DNA of 60,755 nt, counting the filler, from Sanchytrium tribonematis (lineage: Eukaryota), in assembly GCA_018985235.1 (NCBI GenBank). It is 5 parts of 5 records of this genome, joined end to end, with 100 filler letters (N's around TTAATTAATTAA, not from the genome) between each part and the next. Parts side by side here need not be neighbours in the genome. Positions count along the whole stretch, not along the records: positions 48,756 to 60,755 come from JADGIG010000232.1; 4 more parts are not named here. One strand, given 5' to 3'. Positions within the stretch are counted from its first letter, which is position 1, and each line of letters begins with the position of its first letter. A program made the position numbers and the translations under genes. Of this stretch, positions 56,816 to 60,755 are shown in pieces. The notes under the pieces are model-generated. The model was not told the DNA's origin. It ran no database searches and was given only the letters and a program-made list of their open reading frames with translations.

Positions 56816-58179
56816 TTATTTCAATCTCATCTTTAATTCTCTACTATATTTCCCATAATAATGTGAATACATGGGATAAATACTCATTAAAATCATCAAT
56901 GCAATAAAAATAGATGCAATTGGATCAAATATTAAATATCCGGTATAATGAATTAATAAAGTGGATATAATGACACCTAAATGAATTATAAATTACCAAC
57001 ACTGCCTAGGGTATCTGCTAAAATGTGTAGAAAGACAGCACGCATGTTGGAATGTTCATGGGAATGTTCATGAGAATGTTCATGGGAATGCGAATGATCG
57101 TGGCTATGGCTATGGCTGTGGTCATGTTCGTGATCATCGTGGTCGTTGTGGTGATGCGCATCATGTCCATGGTCATGTCCATGATCGTGTCCGTGTCCGT
57201 GATCATGTGCTTCATGAAAGAATACAACGCCAATTAAATTCACAATTAATCCACCAATACTGACCCCCAATAATCCATCTAAATGCATTTCTTGTGGATA
57301 AAACATCCTTTCAATGCCTTCCATGCTAATCATAAAACTAATCAAGACCAATAAAATGGAATTGATAAAAGCACCTAAAGATTCATTTTCATTGGTGAAA
57401 TATAAACCAATGCCTAATGCCAAACAATCAAAAAACATATGGATGGAATCACTAATTAAGCCTAATGAGTTGGTTAAATAGCCATAAATCATTTGGATGA
57501 GCATATATGAGAAATTTAAGAGGAGGAAAATAAATAATTTTTTGGAAGATTGGGTGTGTTTGAAATTGATGAGGAAATGATGGATAAAATGGATGATTAA
57601 GATGGTGGAGATGGATAAGATGTATAACGAATCATTTAGAAATAGTGTAGTTAATAAAATATGGATAATATTGGCAAAATGGATGGAAATAGGGGATAAA
57701 TTGGAATAATGTAAAATGAGAGAAATAGTGATTAAAAAAATCCAATCTTCTAATTCACCATAAAATATACGACAAATGGATTCAAATGCGATTAATATGA
57801 ATAAATAAATGTCATTTTGAGGGGATATTTGATCTTGAGAGGGAGATGGGGAAATTGGCAAATATTGTGATTTGAGATTGGTGTGGAATAGATAATAGGG
57901 GATGGTAAATATGATGAGATAATTGGATTCAAAGTACATGATGGTATAAATGAGGATAGAAATGAGTAAATAGGGTATTTTGGGTAATTTGATTTGCAAT
58001 TGTTTTAAATAATACATGGATAATATGTGAAATGGATTAGATAATGCACACATTAATAGTAATGGATCATCTTTGGAGAGATAGAGCCATGTAAATAGAT
58101 TATATGGGAAATGATGGGCCAAAGCAGAAAGAATGGCCAGTTTCATGGAGAAGACTGAAAATACTGAAATCTGAATCAT
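56816..58179 (-). CDS. CDF zinc transporter, Msc2/ZnT5/ZnT7-like; 2 exons, ~447 aa
   Basis: TNSLGLISDSIHMFFDC, His-rich loop, AVFLHILADTLGSV|GVIISTLLI...FDPIASIFIA after removing 56977-56996. Confidence 0.9.
56977..56996 (-). other. 20-nt spliceosomal intron (gtaatttataattcatttag), phase 1
   Basis: GT..AG; excision restores TM5-TM6 (HxxxD..GSVGVI, DP). Confidence 0.9.
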
Positions 58180-58215
58180 CGCAATGTGGCCCGATATTCA
58201 AGCCACAACAGAGAA

Positions 58216-58896
58216 ATGAAGAGACGACTCTTTATTAATAATTTCTGTAGATCTTGTGCTTGTTTTATTGGGTTCAACGCGTTCTTTATTTGTCTATTAT
58301 CTATTTATTTAAATGGATGCACTAAAACAAATGCTTGGTTGTTAATCTGTAGTATATTCACGATATTCGCATATATAGAATATAGTGATGTCTATTTACA
58401 GAATAAAATAGCTACTGATCAGATTTTATGGCTAGAAATTGTAATGGATATTTGTTTGAGTGCTTTTGAGTCAATGACGACGACGTATCCATTAGTGCGC
58501 TTCATGAGACAAAAAGGCGACTTGGGATACATTGTAGCATTGAGTACATGCATGTTTGTGGTATTATTTGCTCGATTATTGCATTACGATCAATTATTGA
58601 ATTATGAGGATTGGGTCATCTATATGATTTACTGCGTCATTGGAATATGCTGTTTTGTGAGTGATTTAGCATATATTAAAGTCATATTGCTAATTCATTC
58701 GAATAAAATAGCAAAACATGACAGAAAGCAAATGAATGTTTTACGGGTCTGCTACGTTTTAATGACATTAGCCATTGTAATTCAAACAATATCCATTGGA
58801 TTATCCATGTATCAAAAGACGACTGTGTTTTTGGGTGTGTCATTGGTAATTCTGATTTATTTAGGCATTAAGTGGCATTTTGACCGTTTTTGGTGA
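58216..58896 (+). CDS. Hypothetical multi-pass membrane protein (~7 TM)
   Basis: Series of hydrophobic segments; no family motif. Confidence 0.6.
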   Translation: MKRRLFINNFCRSCACFIGFNAFFICLLSIYLNGCTKTNAWLLICSIFTIFAYIEYSDVYLQNKIATDQILWLEIVMDICLSAFESMTTTYPLVRFMRQKGDLGYIVALSTCMFVVLFARLLHYDQLLNYEDWVIYMIYCVIGICCFVSDLAYIKVILLIHSNKIAKHDRKQMNVLRVCYVLMTLAIVIQTISIGLSMYQKTTVFLGVSLVILIYLGIKWHFDRFW

Positions 58897-59003
58897 TTTT
58901 CTCTTGTTATTAAACAAGAAATTAGAGAATAATCCAATGGAATTGGAGTCATTCCGCATTGTTGTTAGTGCTATTGATTAAATAAAAGATAACTATAGTT
59001 TAT

Positions 59004-59333
59004 TTACTTGTATTCTGGTGGGATCCGGATGAAATCTTTTGGATCATGTAATTTTTCCAGTTTATTCAAGTAATTTAGATTAGCATTGTAATCTACTCTA
59101 ACTTTTTCTAGTTGCTTCAATCTTTTTTGAGAGTTTTCCGCTTTGGTGACCCAATTTTGAATTTCAGCGTCTAAAGCTCTGATTTTGTTCCTGTATTCAT
59201 TGGCTTCTAGATTGCGTTTTAATATCAATCCTTGAATCTCTAATTTGATTTTACAATACGGAGTAACCACAGCCTCTGTGACATCAGGATGGCATAAAAG
59301 ATCAAATGCAAATAGGAGACTCAAAATCAACAT
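59004..59333 (-). CDS. Small secreted coiled-coil protein
   Basis: Signal-like MLILSLLFA followed by a heptad-rich region; stop inside AATAAA context. Confidence 0.55.
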   Translation of the reverse strand: MLILSLLFAFDLLCHPDVTEAVVTPYCKIKLEIQGLILKRNLEANEYRNKIRALDAEIQNWVTKAENSQKRLKQLEKVRVDYNANLNYLNKLEKLHDPKDFIRIPPEYK

Positions 59334-59616
59334 GGATTGGTTTGGAAATTGATGCGTTAAATAGCGTAAACTCAAGGCGATGTTGTCATTTTATGCCAAT
59401 ATTATGACTAAAATTGCCAATTTTGCCACTCAATGACGAAATTTGGCAATAATTGCGCAATATTAAACATTAAAATGGATCTGCTGCTCATTTAGAAATG
59501 ATGATTCTATATACTCTCTTATTCTCACTTATCCAATACTGCCACAACAGTCAAACTGTTGAGTTTGATATCAATGCGCCATTGGATTTAGCAAAATTGC
59601 CAAATGACGAATATAG

Positions 59617-60153
59617 ATGACGGTTTAGACTAAGTCAAGTCGAGTCAAGTCGAAAAATAAATAATCTGCCTTAAGTCGAGTCTGACTTGACTTGACTTAA
59701 GTCGCTAACTGAGACCTTTTTAAGTCGAATTTTTTGACGACTTTTATTAGTTAATATTGAGCTTTTATTAATTATTTTAAGCTGTATCATCGTCAGAATG
59801 ACCTAAAAGCTATCCGTTGTGAATAAGAGTGACAATAAAACCACTGTTTTAAATAATTCATTAAATAAAATTCAAGACTTTTGAGTTTGTGAAAATTTTA
59901 AATCAGAAATTAGGGTGTCTCTTATTTTCAACTTATTAAAAGTAAAACCCTAATACAAATAAATTACATATAAAACGAATAAGAATTAAAAATTGGGAAT
60001 TTTCAGTAAAATATAATCAATTTATAGGTCTATTTTAAATTGACTCCAGCTAGCGACTAAGTCAAGTTAAGTCAAGTCGAAAATTTAAGAGTCTGCCTTA
60101 AGTCGAGACAGACTTGACTTGACTTTTGACTTTTTTAGTCTAGACCGTCATGC
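59617..60153. mobile_element. MITE-like non-autonomous DNA transposon (~535 bp)
   Basis: Terminal inverted repeats ATGACGGT(T/C)TAGACTA; AAGTC/GACTT-rich subterminal blocks; AT-rich non-coding interior. Confidence 0.8.
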
Positions 60154-60679
60154 TTACATATTGAGTCAATATTTAGCTGTTTTACAAATTTGTTCATATA
60201 TTCTGATTCCTTAGGAAACGGCTTGACTTTCATTTTTTCTTATTTGTTATACATTCGCTTGGTTTAAATAGTATTAGAATGCTTTTTAATAGGTGGCTTT
60301 GATTTGTGCTAATTAATATCCAATCAAATTGTTTCACTTGAAACAATTGGCCAATTTATAAACAAAAGCGAATTAAAGATACCTGGCAATTTTTTATGAC
60401 CTGATTCATCAATTTTGAGTAATAAATTTTATTGAGGTACTGGAATGATGTCATAAGCATTGTGTTTTTTGCCCACATTTATCAATTTTTGCAAACCATT
60501 GTTATAGGTATTAAATTTTGTCATGTATTTACCAACAGCTTCTCTAATTTGCCCATTTTGCGTTTTCAATGCCTCTAATTTCAATTTCTTCTGGTCCAAA
60601 TTAAAATTCTGGTTTTGATCCTCTTCTGCGATTTTCTCAATCACCAAATCTTTAATTTGCTGCAATAAACATTCGTCAT

Positions 60680-60755
60680 TAAGCATGACGGTCTAGACTA
60701 AAAAAGTCAAAAGTCAAGTCAAGTCTGTCTCGACTTAAGGCAGACTCTTAAATTT
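60680..60755. mobile_element. Start of a second copy of the same MITE, in inverted orientation, cut by the window end
   Basis: Exact reverse complement of 60081-60156 (76 nt). Confidence 0.85.

Noticed and set aside
57052..57237. Met/Val-rich and Met/Thr-rich repetitive ORFs
   Set aside because: Alternative frames or antisense of the His-rich loop of the CDF transporter
59630..60140. CRISPR-like or telomeric array
   Set aside because: No regular repeat-spacer period; the pentamer repeats are confined to MITE ends; eukaryotic context
60429..60686. 85-aa ORF as an intact gene
   Set aside because: Its ATG lies inside the MITE terminus and the frame continues through multiple stops; treated as a relic
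1..60755. Stop-codon reassignment (e.g. TAA/TAG = Gln as in some aphelids, or TGA readthrough)
   Set aside because: Conserved genes end at the expected positions with TAA, TAG or TGA and have no internal stops. In-frame stops are confined to TE relics and one LRR gene.

Overview
AT-rich, very gene-dense eukaryotic DNA in the standard genetic code, from an early-diverging fungus or fungus-like organism. It has a class IV chitin synthase, an exomer ChAP, HIS1, a CAP59-type mannosyltransferase and a Crinkler-like gene. The LRR family and the compaction suggest a reduced zoosporic parasite such as a sanchytrid, which is an inference. The window is five unrelated ~12 kb contigs joined by artificial 100-nt N/TTAATTAATTAA/N spacers. 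Contigs 1, 3 and 5 are tightly packed housekeeping genes. Contig 2 is a transposon graveyard (Ty3/gypsy, Harbinger, Helitron-like PIF1 + Ulp1, Tc1). Contig 4 is mixed. Main discovery: six genes that the ORF track shows as broken are restored exactly by removing ultra-short 19-20 nt GT-AG introns. These introns share GTA(A/T)...YTNA...TAG with a putative branch A only 6-7 nt from the 3' end, and all lie in the 3' part of the gene. The same genome encodes a shortened Brr2 with a degenerate C-terminal cassette. It also has stop codons fused to AATAAA and CCC motifs just upstream of many start codons.
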